In this document: positions 22,601-37,600 of the stretch, piece by piece | Layout: each line of letters starts with the position of its first letter | Position numbering within the stretch: position 1 is the first letter of the stretch | Assembly: GCA_013265495.1 (NCBI GenBank) | Contig: MU058844.1 | Location: forward strand, 2,087,520-2,151,519 | Length of the DNA stretch: 64,000 nt | Origin: Vicugna vicugna | Lineage: Eukaryota | Direction: 5' to 3' | Translations under genes and position numbers: made by a program | Notes under the pieces: generated by a model | Told to the model about the DNA's origin: nothing | Database searches by the model: none | Seen by the model: only the letters and a program-made list of their open reading frames with translations

Positions 22601-25600
22601 AATAGTACTATTTATCACTGAGACAAGTTGAAAAAAATAAGTACAATTCTCATTAGCCTGTATTTCAGAAATTATTTTCTGGTACTATCTTTAATAAATA
22701 CTTTAATATATAACCCTATTTTAAAGAAGATAAAGTTTCCTTTACTGCATCTGGAAGAGCAACTAAATAATTCACACTAGCCTTGAAAATAACTGCATTT
22801 TAATGGGGAAATTTAGAAGTAAAGAATTCTCATTGAAAAATAATAAAATTTAGGAAACCACTTTGTTCCTTTTACTATTGCTGAATAGGTATTATCTCAA
22901 AACTTGGAGAGTTAAAAAAATAAAATTCTGCTCATGATTTAAGGTACAGAGAATGTGAGCAGGGCTCAGAAGGGCTGTTCTCACCTAGGCTCTCTCATGC
23001 ATTTGCCTTTGGGTGTGTCGGGGAGCCACGGGGAGGCTGGCCTAGAACGGACCCCCCAGCCAGGCGCTCTCACGACTGCGAGCTGGTGCTGCTGTCCCCT
23101 GAGAGCGCAGCTGTTCTGGCGTCAGGAGTGCCCCAGGTGGCCTCTCCAGCACAGTGCTCTCAACACAGACAGACATCTTACATGGCCCCTGGCTGCCCCC
23201 AGAGCAAGCGTCCCAGAAGAGCTGGGTAGCAGCTGAACAACCTTTCCTGACCTAGCTTCCAAAGTCGCGCTGTGTCACCTCCTCCACACTCCTTTAGTTC
23301 ACAGAGACATGGGAAGGCCATGCCACGTTCCAAGGGAGGGGAATTTGACTCCACCTTTTGAACTTAAAGAAAAGACAAAAGGGAAAATGCAGTATAATAC
23401 ATTGTAAGCTGTGAAAGATAGAGGGAAACTAAGGCACAGAGAATTTAAGCAACTTTCCCAGTGATCTTAAGGATCAAGAAGAGGAGCCAGGATTCAAATG
23501 CAAATAATAATCTTACAAAAAGAAGTTAGAGAAACATTTTTAAATACAGAAAGTTTACAAAATAAGATGAGACTCTCATGCACCTATTACTGAGCTTCAG
23601 CAAGTATCAACTAAGGCCAGTATGTTCCTATATATCCCCACCCACTTTCCCCCTTCCTTATTATTTTGAAGCAAATTCCAGATACCATATCATTTTACCC
23701 AATAATTTATCAGTATGTTTCTCTGAAAGATTAAAACTTCTAAATAATACCGTGATAACCAGATTACATTTAAAATTAAAAACAATTTAATATTATCAAA
23801 TATTCATTCAATATACATATTTTCAATCAACTTATAAATATTATTAATGTTTTATTTTACAGTTTTTCTGTGTGAATAAGAGTCCAAATGAAGTCCATAC
23901 ATTGCATTATTTAAATAGGTCTTAAGTCTCCTTAAAACTGTAGTTTTACCAACATTTCTTAATTTTCCCTTGCAATATATGTATTGAAGAAATTGGGATT
24001 TTGTTGAATCCATTTCTTTAGTAGATCTTAGCATGTTCCTCATTGACCTATTTCTTATAAATTACGAGTTACATCTAGAGGCTTAATCAGATTCAGGATT
24101 AATTGTTTATTTATTTGATTGTTTTTGACAGTACTAATCCATAGTGAGGATCTGTATCTACCTTTCAAAGGTGTGTAACTGATCCCTTCCCATGAGGAAT
24201 ATACGTCATGCAAAGAAACTCTTATCATTGTATTGGTCACCACATGGGCCAGGAAAGGCAGCCTAAGACACATGTGACAAAGCTTCCTCACAAATATACA
24301 TCAAGTACACAGAAGAAAGTGAGAGCAGTTTTCAGGTGCAGATGATGAGGTTGTTATATTGGATGGTAACATTCATTTCAAAAATGTTCCTGGCCAAATA
24401 CAAATCAGAAAGAAAATTACTATTATATCCAGTTGCATCCTAGTACTTCTGGGGATGTATTATGAGAATGTATAACCTCTTGAAAGGATGTGAAGAGATG
24501 ATTGGAGCAGAACGTAGCAGAAAAGGTCTTGAAACCATGACCGTGAACTTTTCACCATGAGACAGCAGAAAAGACTATGATTTTACAACTAATCAATCAA
24601 AAAGCTACTTCTGTATATAAGGCAGTGAGATCAAAGCTCTGGTGAAAAATAGTCCTTTGTTCCTACTTACCCAGAACTTAAAGAAAAGAAAGAAAAGGGA
24701 AAATGCAGTATAATACATTATAAGCTGATACATAAGAAGTTTGGAGGGGTTTGTTATTGGAGTGGTTGTGATGAATACTATAGGGGAGTTGGGGGATGGG
24801 TACACTTTAAAGGACTGTTAGAATGGCAGCAGAAGAAAATGAGTGGGTGGAGTGTTCCATAAAACAAATTATAGGAACAAAAATGAGTAGCTAGGAATAA
24901 GCACAGTATGTTCAAGGAACAGTGTAGACCAGCATCTTTTAAAATTATGTACAGTGTTTATGTGAATACATGGTGCATCAGATAGTTCTAGAGTGAGGAC
25001 TCATACCATCTTGTTCTTGTTTTAGTTTACCCATGAGGCACCGTGAATAAGCCACTTAATTTCACTGGGTTTCTGTTTCTTTACTTATGAGAAGAGAGTA
25101 CTGGACTAGCTTAAAAGTTCCTGATTTCTGGGACAGGTCAAGTTTTTTGAATGTTGACCAAGTTGATTTCTAATGAAGGTCAAAACCAACAAAATAACAA
25201 CAACCTGCTATCTACTATCAGACTAATTTTTTTAAAAGAAGGTATATTTAAAATGGGGGCTGGAGCTAGTCTCAGAAGTGTGTGTGTCTGATAATTTATA
25301 TTAAAACTAACCAAAATGCTCTCATTTTTGTCTGATTTTGATATAGACTAATAACTTCGTCACAGATCATCAGCACTAATCAGCATTTGGGAACCAAAGA
25401 CTAGCTGATACTTACTTAATGGTCCTTCCCTTTGTGACATTCTAAGGGCTCATAACTGGGATAATGTCCCCTTTATATTCTGCCTGTAGTTTCTGAGCAA
25501 GCTAGTTAACACCTTGATGCCCTGTCTAGCCCTTAAATTTACAGCATGTTTTTAGGTCTAATGTCAGAACAATTCTTGTTGGGGATACAAATAGGTACAA

Positions 25601-28600
25601 CAGGGGAAAGATACCCTGTTGGAAACCAAGAGAATAGTCTTTTCATCTGTATTTCATCACACCTAACTATGTGAGCTGCTTCATGTCACTAAACTTTTTC
25701 TAAAAATCATCTGGAAAAATGAAACTATCATACTGCCTGATGGACCTCACTGGATTGCTGTGAGGTAAAGGAGATAACTTATTTTCAGTTTTTCATGAAC
25801 TGTAACGCTACATAAGTAGAAAGTTTTAATAATAAAATACTGATACGTGAAGTCCCGCAAGTGAATATGAATTTTTGAGTAATTCAGAGAAGATTGTTGG
25901 GTTGTGATTTTAATCACCAAGATGACTCTCTAAGAACTAAGCTGCAAAAGCCACAAGCCTGAACCATTTTTTATGTTAAATCTTCAGGGAAAAAATGTAT
26001 ATAATTCAACCTAAGCAGTTCCTGTTATTATAAAATTCTAGGATGGCAACATAATCAAAGCTGTCAGCTATCCAGATACATCATTTTTTTCTCTTCCCAT
26101 CTGAAATTTATCTGCACTTTGGCATTGAACAATGTTAAGGGAGCCACTAGAACTGAAGTTCAACAACATCTAAAAGTAAGCATAAGTGGGAATTAAGACT
26201 TCGACAATAAAAAAAAAAAAAGACTTCGACAATGAGGCCACGGAGTAATGATGAAACATAGGCAGTAACTTTTTTCCAAATGAAAGGAGATATGTACTTC
26301 TTAGTTGGAGAACCCTAATTATCAAAGATTTGGCAGAAAGTCTACCACTCCTAATTGCATGAAATCAGCAAACTGACATTTCTGAAAATGGCAGTGATTG
26401 TGCCTATGTAGTGCATTAAATATCCTCCTACAAGGTAGCTGTGCATCACTGAAAACACTTCATTTTTATTATTCCTCTCTGAATTATTTCTGTAGTGAAT
26501 TCTTGGAATATATTTATGCATGTACAGAATCACCTGCACTTTGGTATTCAAATTTATATCCATAGTTGACCGCAAATTGGGAACTAAACTTTTTTCCCCA
26601 CTATCAACAGAGCAGTGATAATATGAACTAATTTTTTTTTGGAAAGAACTCAGAAGTAAGTGATTTCAGATACATTTTCTGTGATTTTCATGGACGACAT
26701 GAAGATAGGAATGTGGCCATTATGATAGTTTACCTGTATATACTTAGGACATAAGATTCAAACTTGAAACGGTATATTCCCAACATAGCAGTTATTATAT
26801 ACCCTGTTGCAATTTTCTTTTTAATTGAAAATTGCAAATTTAATTCTTTTTTCTGTGAGGATATGGGGAGTGTCTGTCTTGTTCCTGCTGTATCCCCAGG
26901 GCCTAATAAATTGATGGTGTCCAGAAGGTATCCAGTCAGACTTAATTGAATGATCCTCCGCACTTCAAGTCCCAGATATGACAGAGGGTTGAAAAGCATT
27001 TTTGATTTATGTTATACAGTCTCAAAATATGAAAATGATCACATGAATTTGAATTAATAAAATACCAAATTTTTGCTTAACATCTTACATCAATATGGAA
27101 AAAAGCCAGTGGAAGAGGAAAAGTAAAATATTATATAATGTAATATTTTTCTCCATTAACATTCATAATAATGATTTATTTTAAATACCATACCTTTTGA
27201 ATAAAAGTTTATCCTTTTACATCTATTGAAATATTTTAATATCATAGAGCATTTGGTTATTCAGTGTCTTTACATTTATAAACGAAAAGCAGTAACTTAG
27301 TTATTTAGACTTAAATTTAAAGTCCCAAAGTAATGCTACATATAGTAAGTTTTAAAGAAATTACATTAACAAATTTTGTTTATCTTATTCTGATTAGCTG
27401 CATATCCTTTGGTCATAAAAGTGATACTGTTTTGACATTCCAATTAAAACTGAAAGAACTGTTCTTTCAAAAGCTTGGATAAATTTTCAAGTTGTTGCCC
27501 CAGCAACTTGGTTGCATATTCATATAACTTTAATTTTATATGTATATCTGTGATAGTGTTCGGGTTATCAAAAGGATCTTTAATGATTTGGCTAAAGCTC
27601 TTCTATACTGTAAGGGTATTTATGTAGAAAGGTATAGATTTATAAATTACTCCCACTTAACACTTATCAAAGGAATTACTTTCTAGAACAAGAACAATGA
27701 GGTAAAACAATGTGCACTGAGATATCTGAGCCTCACTCTTACAAAATATTAATTTTCCTTGTATGCAGAAGAGCAATTACATGGGGGAAACAATGTGTTC
27801 CATTTATGATTTTTAAAAAATCATTTGACTTTGTTGGAAAAGGTAAAGCAGATATTTCAAACTACAAATAATACATTTCCTAGAAGAAGAAAAATACAGC
27901 AGTGGTATCCCCACTGCAACACTGATTTCTTTGTAAACATAACCTTTGTGATTCTGTAGTCAGGTGTCCCTTTATACTGACTGCACTTTGCTTTTACTCT
28001 CATACTAGGTCTGGAAAAAGTGCCAAAAGACCTTCCCCCTGACACTGCGCTGCTGGACCTGCAAAACAACAAAATAACTGAAATCAAAGATGGAGACTTT
28101 AAGAACCTGAAGAACCTTCATGTAAGAATTTTTTTCTTTTTAAGTTGTAATAAGATTTAACTCAAAGTATTTTTCAAAATAAAATTAGGTGAGGCCAAGG
28201 GTACTATATGGTAATAAATAAGCACATAAGTGTTTATTAAATTCTCTTTTTAGGAGAGAGATGAGGGAGCAAAGTGTTGTGCTCATTAACCCCTAAAAAA
28301 TTAGCCAATTTTCTTGCATATACCCATACAAGGCTTAGGATTGCCTTCCTAAAAAATATGTTATATCTTAATCTTCTCACATGTTTTATCAATAAAAATC
28401 TTTATTTTCCCAACTAGACTGCACTTCAGTAGTGGAACAAAACACAAAATGGACTGACCTTAGCCTTACTTTATTTCATCATTTCTTTTGTTTTCTTTCA
28501 TTCCTTTTCTCAGAGGTGCAGATAATTTTACATAGGCTCAGAGATTGGCACCAAGAAAAAAAAACATGTCTCTCTCTTTCTCTGTGTATATCTATGTATG

Positions 28601-31600
28601 TCATACATCTTGCCTTGTATTTAGGATTATGCATGCTGCATCCTTATCTGTATCTGTGTTTCTACTCTGATTTTCCATTAACCTCTACTATAATGTGGTA
28701 CAGTCAGGCTACCAGTCAGAATTCCAGCAGAAAAGAGGTAGCATAATCAAGACAAGATTTAGTTATCAACTTTCTGACAGCCAAGATGAGAAAAGCAATA
28801 AACATCTGTTAGGAGAAGATTTACCAGATTTTTAAAAGGAAGCAAAGAATTTTTCTTTGAGATTTTACGATTGTCCATGGAACAGTTAACAAAAATAATA
28901 GCACATAATAAAACGGCACCATCAAATTATTGAAGTATCCAACAACATAATATAAGCACATTATAAATTGTGAAGGTTATGGGCAAAAAGTAAGAGAAAA
29001 AAAAAAAAGACATGATCCTACATTAAGTTACCCAGTCAGTGTTTTGAGAGAATACAGGACAAAGGAATCATAGACGATTAGCAGAATGTTGAAAGGGAGA
29101 GAAAAGGGTTTTCTGTGCAAGAGGAAAAGAAAGGCAGAAGAAAGCGAGCAGCAGGCAAGTAAAAACAGAAGATGATTAAGGTGAAGGATACAGGCACCAC
29201 AACAGTGGAAGGTAAGGCTTGAGCTGGAGATCTCGAACCCTGGACCAGTGAGACCCTTCTCCATGCACTGGACATGGGCCCCTATTCACCTTCTCTCCAT
29301 GTTCATATTATGGTTTCATTGCGAGCAAGTTGATGGTGACAACAACAAAGTTTATCACTGATTATTTAAACTATCCCTTGAATAAGTTAAAAGAGGTGAA
29401 AGTAAAAATGAGTATTACTAGTTTCAGTAAACCAAAGTTTTATAAAGCTTCATTTCATTTGCATAAATCTACCCTAAAGCTACATTTTTTAAGGAAGGAA
29501 GATTCTCTTAATCCCACTTCCTGTATGTTTAAGTATAATCTGAATAATTTGTGTAAAGTCCTTATGTCCTTAAGTAAGAGATACCTAGTTTCTGCGACAT
29601 TCTCATTAAATCTGGCATTTGTAATAATGTGTTCTTTCTTTTCCACATCTCCTTCTAGGTATGTTTTTAGGCAACTTATCATCTTGGCAATCTCTTTCTT
29701 TCTACTTTAAAGTATACACTGGATGTAGAGAGTTTATTAGCGCTTCTAACCATTCAGAGGATGTTGAACAGCTATTTTTGTCTTGCTCTTTCATCCATGA
29801 TCATTTCTATCCTTGTTATTATGCAAGTAAACATCAGAATTTCACCTGGGAAAGGCACACTTGAATGAGTAGGAAGGAAAGAAACGAGAATTTACCAAGG
29901 ATTACAACTGAAAGTATTTAACAGAAAAATGTTCCTTTTTTCTCAAGAATTTTACCAGTTTACAACTGTGGCTGTAAGTGGTACATGTTGCTTAAGAGTA
30001 GTCTTATACTTAAATATAGTAGAAAAACTGCATAATTATTGTATAAAATAATGGAAATTTAAGTATTATAATGCCAACAATCAATATTATTTCCTTTGAA
30101 TTAAAGCTTAATAAATCTAGTGAAAGAGTTTTTTTTTAATTAACAAAACAAAAATTGTCAGGATTGAATAACAGCAAATGTTTGTTTAGCAATCACTATA
30201 TACTAGGTACTGTTCTTAATATCTTATATACATTAATTTATTTAATTTTTATAACTGTTCTAATGAAGTAGACACTCTTGATAACCCCTTTGTACAGATG
30301 AGCATACTCAGGCACAGAGAGGTCAAGTTACTTGCTTATTGTGACTCAGCAAATAAGAGCCAGAACTTGTGATCTAAACTCAGGAGCAGTCTGGCTTGAG
30401 TCTGTGCACTAATAATTGCCTGTAAATATGATAGTAACCATAAAATCCCTTAAAACAACACCTGGCACAGTGTGCCCTACATAAGTGGCTTTGGACAAAA
30501 TTGTCCATAACATTAAGTCAGGTTTCAAGATTGTTTTTCAGTTTTATTGAAATATAATTGGTGTACAACACTCCATAACTTCAGGGTGTACAGCATAATG
30601 ATTTGACTTGCATATACTGCAAATGATTACCATAGTAAGTTTAATTAACCTCCATCATCTCATACAGATATTTTAAAAAGAAGAAAAGCAAACAGTTTCC
30701 TTGTGATGAGAACTTTTAGCACTTACTCTCTCAGAAACATTCAGAGATACCACACATCAGTGTTCACTGTAGTCATCCTGTTGTACATTACATCCTCAGT
30801 ACTTATTTATCTTACAGCTGGAAGTTTGTACCTTCTGACCATTTTCTTTTGATAAAGTGGTGAAAATACTTTTTTTTCTGCTTCCATACTATTTCTATTG
30901 CGAGTCACTTTTTCATCACCTCTCCCCTACCTACCAGGCTAGATCGCTTTTTCTTTAGTTACTAGAGAAGTAGGTAGTCCTGATTTTTTGAGCCTGTGCT
31001 TCAATTTTAGGATAAGTGGCACTCAAGGCAGTTCCTGACCCTCAAGCAATAAGTCTTCTCCTAACTTGACTTCTCTCAGTCTCTTACCTAACTAATGACA
31101 ATCCATTTGGCTTGTCTTCCTTCTTTTCATCAGCTGATCTCCTGAAGAACATCTGCAGTTCACCCTGACTGCCTCCGTTTTAGTTGGACTTTGTCATTAG
31201 CCAGTGTAATTTGTCAGTTTTTTCCCATATCAACATCTTGCCATTGCCTGTTATAATTCTATATACCTTCTTAAATGCACATCCTTGTGTGTGGAACTAA
31301 CATTAACCACCGTTAGCAACACTGTATGTCCTTGAGTAACTTTTTTCACATATGGATCTGTTTTATATGAAGCTCTGATTTATATGGATCTTAACGTTTT
31401 ATATCATGATGACCAAAAATTTGCAGTTTATGTATTTTTTCACATTTATTTTACTCTGAAAGCAAAGATGCTTTTTGCTGGACGAGATCTTTTAACCAAC
31501 AATTCTATTTTAAAGGTGCTTTGCAAAGAAGCAGTCTATATACATGATCATTTTTTAATCCTCACAACAACCCCCTGTAGGTGTTATTAGTTCCATTTTA

Positions 31601-34600
31601 CTAAAGAAATGATTGGGGACAAATGTCACACCACCTCAAAATTTAGCAGCAGTTATAACTACAGCATACTTAACAGTAGAGATACTGTCTAGTTACTATC
31701 TGTTATAAGAAGTAATGTTTTATTACCTGAAATGGCAGGTAATATACATCATCAGGTTGATTCTTCATAATAGGTTTCAACATTTAACGTAAAATAAAAC
31801 AGATTTTCAGACCATGTTTGATGCAATTAATTAAATAAATCTTTCAGAATTTTCTTCCATAGATGGCAACTGAGGACATCCTTTGCTTTGATAATTAACT
31901 ATTCGCTATTCTGGCTGTCTTTCAATGATGCAAGTCCTCTCAACTCTTCTCTACTCTAGCTCTGGCTTTTACTGATTTCCTGGGTATTTTGCTTGTTAAT
32001 ATCAATTTCCTCTGACTTTAACCCTCATGAGTTTTTTAACTTTCTGTAGTATTATTTGAAATTTCCTAGGCTTTTGTTTTAATCAACCAATGCACCTGTT
32101 GGCATTAGTCAAAAGATTATGTTACTTGTAATAAGTTTTACTTAGCCAAATAATATGAACTATATGAAGACGTACATGAGTTAAGCCAGCTGTTACCTTC
32201 AGAAAATAGTCTTGCAATTCTGAGACTGAATGTTTTCACTGTTCTATTACTTTAGTTCCTATTTTGCCCCTCTGCATTTTCATAGGTGCCTAAAAATGTA
32301 CTACAATTTAAAATGCAAGTTTCTTAGACCTTAATAAAACTATTCTAAATTCATTAGAATTGGTTGATAAGATGGCTTAAAATAATAAGTGTAGTTCTGT
32401 AGACATACAGATCATTGGAAGAGAATGAAGTAGTACAATAGTAAGTTTAGTAGTATCTATAACATAGCCATAATGGTTTGCAAGTAATTTCCTGTATTAG
32501 AACTCAGAAACAAAATTTTTTAATTACCAAAAATATTATCATATTTGACTATATATATATATACCCTTGTATGTAAAAAGGGCAAAAACTGAAGAAAAAT
32601 ACATTGTCTTTGCATATCATATTAACTACATCTTTATTCTGTAAATCGATTAGTAAAATACATTAAAATTTAGGAAAAATGAGAATTTTTGTGAGAAAGC
32701 AATCCTTTCCCTCCAAAAAAATAACTGGTAGCAAAATCAAAGGAAATTTGTTTAATCTTTCAAGAGATGAGGAAATGCAAAGTACAGCAATGAGCTACAA
32801 CATAATGTGCTAATTTGGCAAACATTGAGAAAATATTGTATCTAAATTTGCAAGGCTGCAAGAAAACGTTACTCTCTTGAATTGCTAGTGATAGTATAAA
32901 TTAGTGCCACCCTTCTGTAGAGGAGTCCATTACAACAATCCATGAACATGGACTTTTAGGTTCAAAAGCTGATGGAGGGGTGGATGCCTGTAGCCCTGGA
33001 TTCTTTTCAGGTCACTCTGGTAATTTCAACCTTTTGGAGTAGTTATTGTGTAAAAATTAAATCTCTCTATGTATGTATATCTATATAAAACCTAAATTTT
33101 ATTTAAGTCCTCTCCTCTTGACTCCTAATGTTTGTTCAGGTCTTCATATGCTTTTTAAGTAAAGGAATCACATTGTTTAATTTTTTCTGATTTCTTGTAA
33201 TTTTGAAGATTTCTCTGCTACTCTCATAAATGGAATGAATAAACTACACACTTGTTTTGTATATGTGTGTGTGTGTGTTTGTGTGTGTATGTGTGTGTAG
33301 GGAAGGTTTTGGAATTAAGATTTTTTTTTCCTGTTGTTCACTATCTACAGACGTTGATTCTCATCAACAACAAAATTAGCAAAATCAGCCCTGGAGCATT
33401 TGCACCTTTGGTGAAACTGGAACGACTTTATCTGTCCAAGAATCAACTGAAGGAACTGCCAGAGAAAATGCCCAAAACTCTTCAGGAGCTGCGTGCCCAT
33501 GAGAACGAGATCACCAAAGTGCGAAAGGCTGTGTTCAATGGATTGAACCAGATGATCGTCGTAGGTACAGACATTCTTATAACTCTAAGACCAGGATTCA
33601 AAGTTCACCTTAAAAGATTACAAGTAAGCTTTAGCTACAGGAAGGTAAATTACCTAGAACTTGCATGTCTTAAGCCCACAGGAATAAACAGTAGCAGGGC
33701 CGGGAGAAATGGAATTTTGAATCTGTGCCTTACAACATTTTTATTATTGTCCTTGAGGAGCTGAGAATGTGGAGAAAGCTCTAGGGCTGATGTTACACTC
33801 TTGGATGCCCAAGATGCAGGATGGAATCAAGTAATGCTTAATTAAATATATCTAAAGGGTACTTTTCCATTGTGTGAATTTGTACTGTTTGGAATATCTA
33901 TAAGTCATTTGCTTTAAAAAAATGTGTTCTAATGTTTTGTTCTATGTGTAGTGAAAAGTTTGTAATTTTAATAATTGGCTTACAAAATGCTAGATTCAAA
34001 TTATTTAACAACATTTTAATATCAAGTAATAGCCCCATTAGTGTGATTTGTAAACACTTGCTTTTGTTGATTTCTAGGTAAACTTGTGTATGGACCTTAA
34101 ATAATTTTGTTCTTATAGCTTTTGCTATTATTGCTTTTCCACAAACCTTTGTTTTTTGTTGTTTGTTTTAATAAGAGAAATTTTTATCCCATTTTGCTAT
34201 CCCTTTGAGAAGCATGTCCTTTAATGTCTTTTGTTTTTCAGTCAAGTCGTTATAGATCTAAATTTCTTCTTGTTGAAACAGACACTACGCTGACTTGCAA
34301 TGCCCTCAAATTGTCCTCTTAAAGCCTTGCCCTTATTGCATTTATAGAACTTGGCACCAACCCACTAAAGAGCTCAGGCATTGAAAATGGAGCCTTCCAG
34401 GGAATGAAGAAGCTCTCCTACATCCGCATCGCTGACACCAACATCACCACCATCCCTCAAGGTGATGAAAATTCTCCAAAGCAATTTGAATATCTAAATC
34501 CAAAAGCTTTGACACTTAAAAAATGGTTTTTGGAAATCTGAGTGGTAACTAAAGTGGCCAACTTTATTTCTAGTAAATTCTGTATTCCTCAAAGTGTTTC

Positions 34601-37600
34601 TATTGAACCTAGGCGACTATTGGGCCATCCAGGCTAACTGTAAGGGTGATCAGACTCTTTCGCCTATAAAGTCTCTTCTAACATGTAAGTTAATACACAA
34701 TAGAATTGTGACATCAAAAGAAGAAAGTATAGTTACCTAAAAATAAGAGTACTTTAGTGGTACTTTGTTTTAAAAAAATGATACATGAAGTACTTATGAA
34801 ATTTGAGCCAATTTTTTCTTTGAGTCACCAATCCCTTGGTGAATTCCTTTCCATCTCAGGACATTCTAGCCATTACTATAAGAATTACAGGATCCACAGT
34901 GGTCACACTGTTATTTAAGAGTGGTCGTTGTGTGTTGTAAAGAGTATGAATTTTAGAATCGGTTTGCTTGAGTTCATGGTCCCTAACTGGCTCTATGATC
35001 TTGGACAAGTTATTTTTAACTTCTGTTTTTTTAATCTGTAAAGTGGTGGTAATACTAACATCCACTTCATTGGTTGTTTTAAAATTAAATAAATAATAAT
35101 TAAGAGAAATACCTGACCTGTAGATAATTAGTGGGTTAACATTACCTTCTATTATTCATTAGAAGTATTAGAAGTACTTTAAGCACTCCTTTTGTTCAGG
35201 CAAAGCACAAACCCTGGAGGCAGGGCAGTGAATAGGTTGTGTACCTACTTTCAGGGAGCTCATTGCCTAAAGCAAAGCCAGGCAAGTAAAGGTCACAGTC
35301 ACAGGAGAAAGCTCGCTGTGCTCAGGCTTAGCCAGGAGAGGCACAGACACCAATCTTTGTGAAACTGAAAAGGCATCAAATCATTGAAAATAAGTTTCTC
35401 TACTTTTCATATTTTTCTGGCCCCAGGTTTTTCAGTCTCACAAAAGCCCCTCTGTTCTCAAATTTTTCCCTCTGGTCCTTCCTCAGCTTAGATGTCTTGT
35501 TCTTGTACTGAGTACAAAACACAGGCACTTGCCCACAGAAGACAATTATCCTTCTTTGTGCCTCCACAGAAATAAGTCTTGAGGGTACATAGTCTATAGA
35601 GTGGTTCCTTACTACCCCCTGCCCTCTCCATAGTCTTTTTGCTACAGAGGATGTTTTTGCTGCCCATTAACAGCAACTGCTTGCATAGATGATAGGTAGG
35701 CAGATGAAGGGAGATTGATCTATAGTTCACAAAGCACTTTCACGTTGAGTCTCTGACTTGTTACATGTAATAAGAGATTTTTTAATCCCCAGTGCAGGGG
35801 TTTTATATTTTAAAATATATTTTAATTTATATTTACAATAATGTATTTTATAATAATTATATATAAAATTTTCTATATATATATTGCCTAAATATATATA
35901 TATGTGTGTGTGTGTGCGCGTGTGTGTGTGTATACACATACATATATAGCCTAAAGCCTTAAAGCTGCAGGAGGTGAAGTAAAATAGCTGAAATTTAAAG
36001 TCCAGGTCTTTTTCGCGACTTCACGCTGCCTGATGACTTGCATTAAGCACAGTCTTTGACTTTTCTGTCCTTCTTAAAGCATTTCCTAAATCTCTCTCAG
36101 TAACACATTTCATCACTTAGTCATCTGTTTTCCTTAATTTCTTACATGTCCTCCCTGTGCAAATGCTCTTTCTCATCTTCTCTAGCTTGCTTTTATTTAC
36201 CAAACTCTTAATAATATGAAAATTATAGTACCTAGTTTTATTAACCACTTGTGCCAAGATGCTTTTCATGGATTCTGTTATGAGAATCTCAAAACGACCC
36301 TCTGTAGTAATATATCACATCTGTTTTATAATGAGGAAAATGAGTCTTAAAGAGATAAAGCAAATTGCGACCAAGACTGTAGAGCTAGAAAGTGGCACGG
36401 CTGCGGCTGTGCTGGGCTGACCTCAGAGCTCATGTGCTGGACCATTTCCCTCTGCTGCCATGTTAAGTCCTTCTTCCTGTGCACATTTATGCCCATGAGT
36501 CTTCCTTTCCTAGGCTGGGACCCTTATGCTCAAACATCGCCCACTTTCCAGGAGTCTTAATTTCCACATACTCTCTCCCATCACTGATGGACATGAAAAG
36601 GCAGTGGAGTCAAGTAGAAAGATCATAAATTCACACTCCAGAGTTAGGTCATTATTTTGTTATATACTCACTTGCTTTATTTATAGTACTTTAAAAATCC
36701 ACATTTACTTTTTCTTAGGAGACTCAAATGATTGAAATCCTTTATTCCAAGAGTGATTGTGATTTCCTGATAGTTATTCATAAGAATAATGCTATTTTTA
36801 TTTCATTTCCTTCAGTTATGAGCATTTTATTTTAACTCTCTTTGGCCAACTAGCAGCATATTACATTTCCTACTTAGTAGCTAGGTAGCTTACAGGATGG
36901 GTAACTTTGAATCTCTATTTTCTCATCTATGAATGAGGATTAATTAAAAGTAATTTACACATTGAAAAAAATTAAATGAGCTAAGTTAGGAAAACTGCCA
37001 ATCTCAGTGTTCAGCACAGAACAGACATTTAGTAAGCAGAAGTTCCTGTCCTTTGCATCTCCCACACAACATGTACTACCACTGAGAAATTAATAGTCAT
37101 TTTCAAATCAAATATGGAATAAACTTTTACATTAAATAGACGATCTTGACAGACTTTGTTAGGATGCAAAGAAAACTTTAGACCAAGCATAACCCATGAC
37201 TTTCCAGTTTTGTTCTCTATAAACAAATAACCAACACTTTCTGCTAAGCAGATGTTATTTCTTCATGTAACCAAGTTGCTATTTTCTTTGTAGTTGTTGT
37301 TCTTGTAAATGGCACAACATGCAGTTTTAAAAGCTATACAAAAACATAACAGATCCTCAGATGGCAGGAGGAAATGAAAATAAGATATTAAACTTTTATA
37401 TTTACTTTACTAAATTTCTAGAAATCATAGCCGTTTACGAATTACTATCCAGAGGTTTAGTGGGAGACTTTGGATTTAAAATTATTTCCCCAGGTGCCTT
37501 ACATATGGCAGATCACTTGAGAATAGGCCTCTGTACTCCTCTCGTATAAAGAAATAGTCTTGATTTAAAAAGAACCAGTACGTCTTAGCTCTCTCTCTCT

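Noticed and set aside
25598..25621. 8-bp inverted repeat CAACAGGG/CCCTGTTG, and a similar hairpin at 46039-46071
   Set aside because: Stems this short are expected by chance in 64 kb and are too short for a pre-miRNA.
33252..33764. 170-aa ORF, the longest in the track
   Set aside because: It is exon 4 flanked by the TG repeat (CVCV) and intron 4 read-through, not a separate gene.
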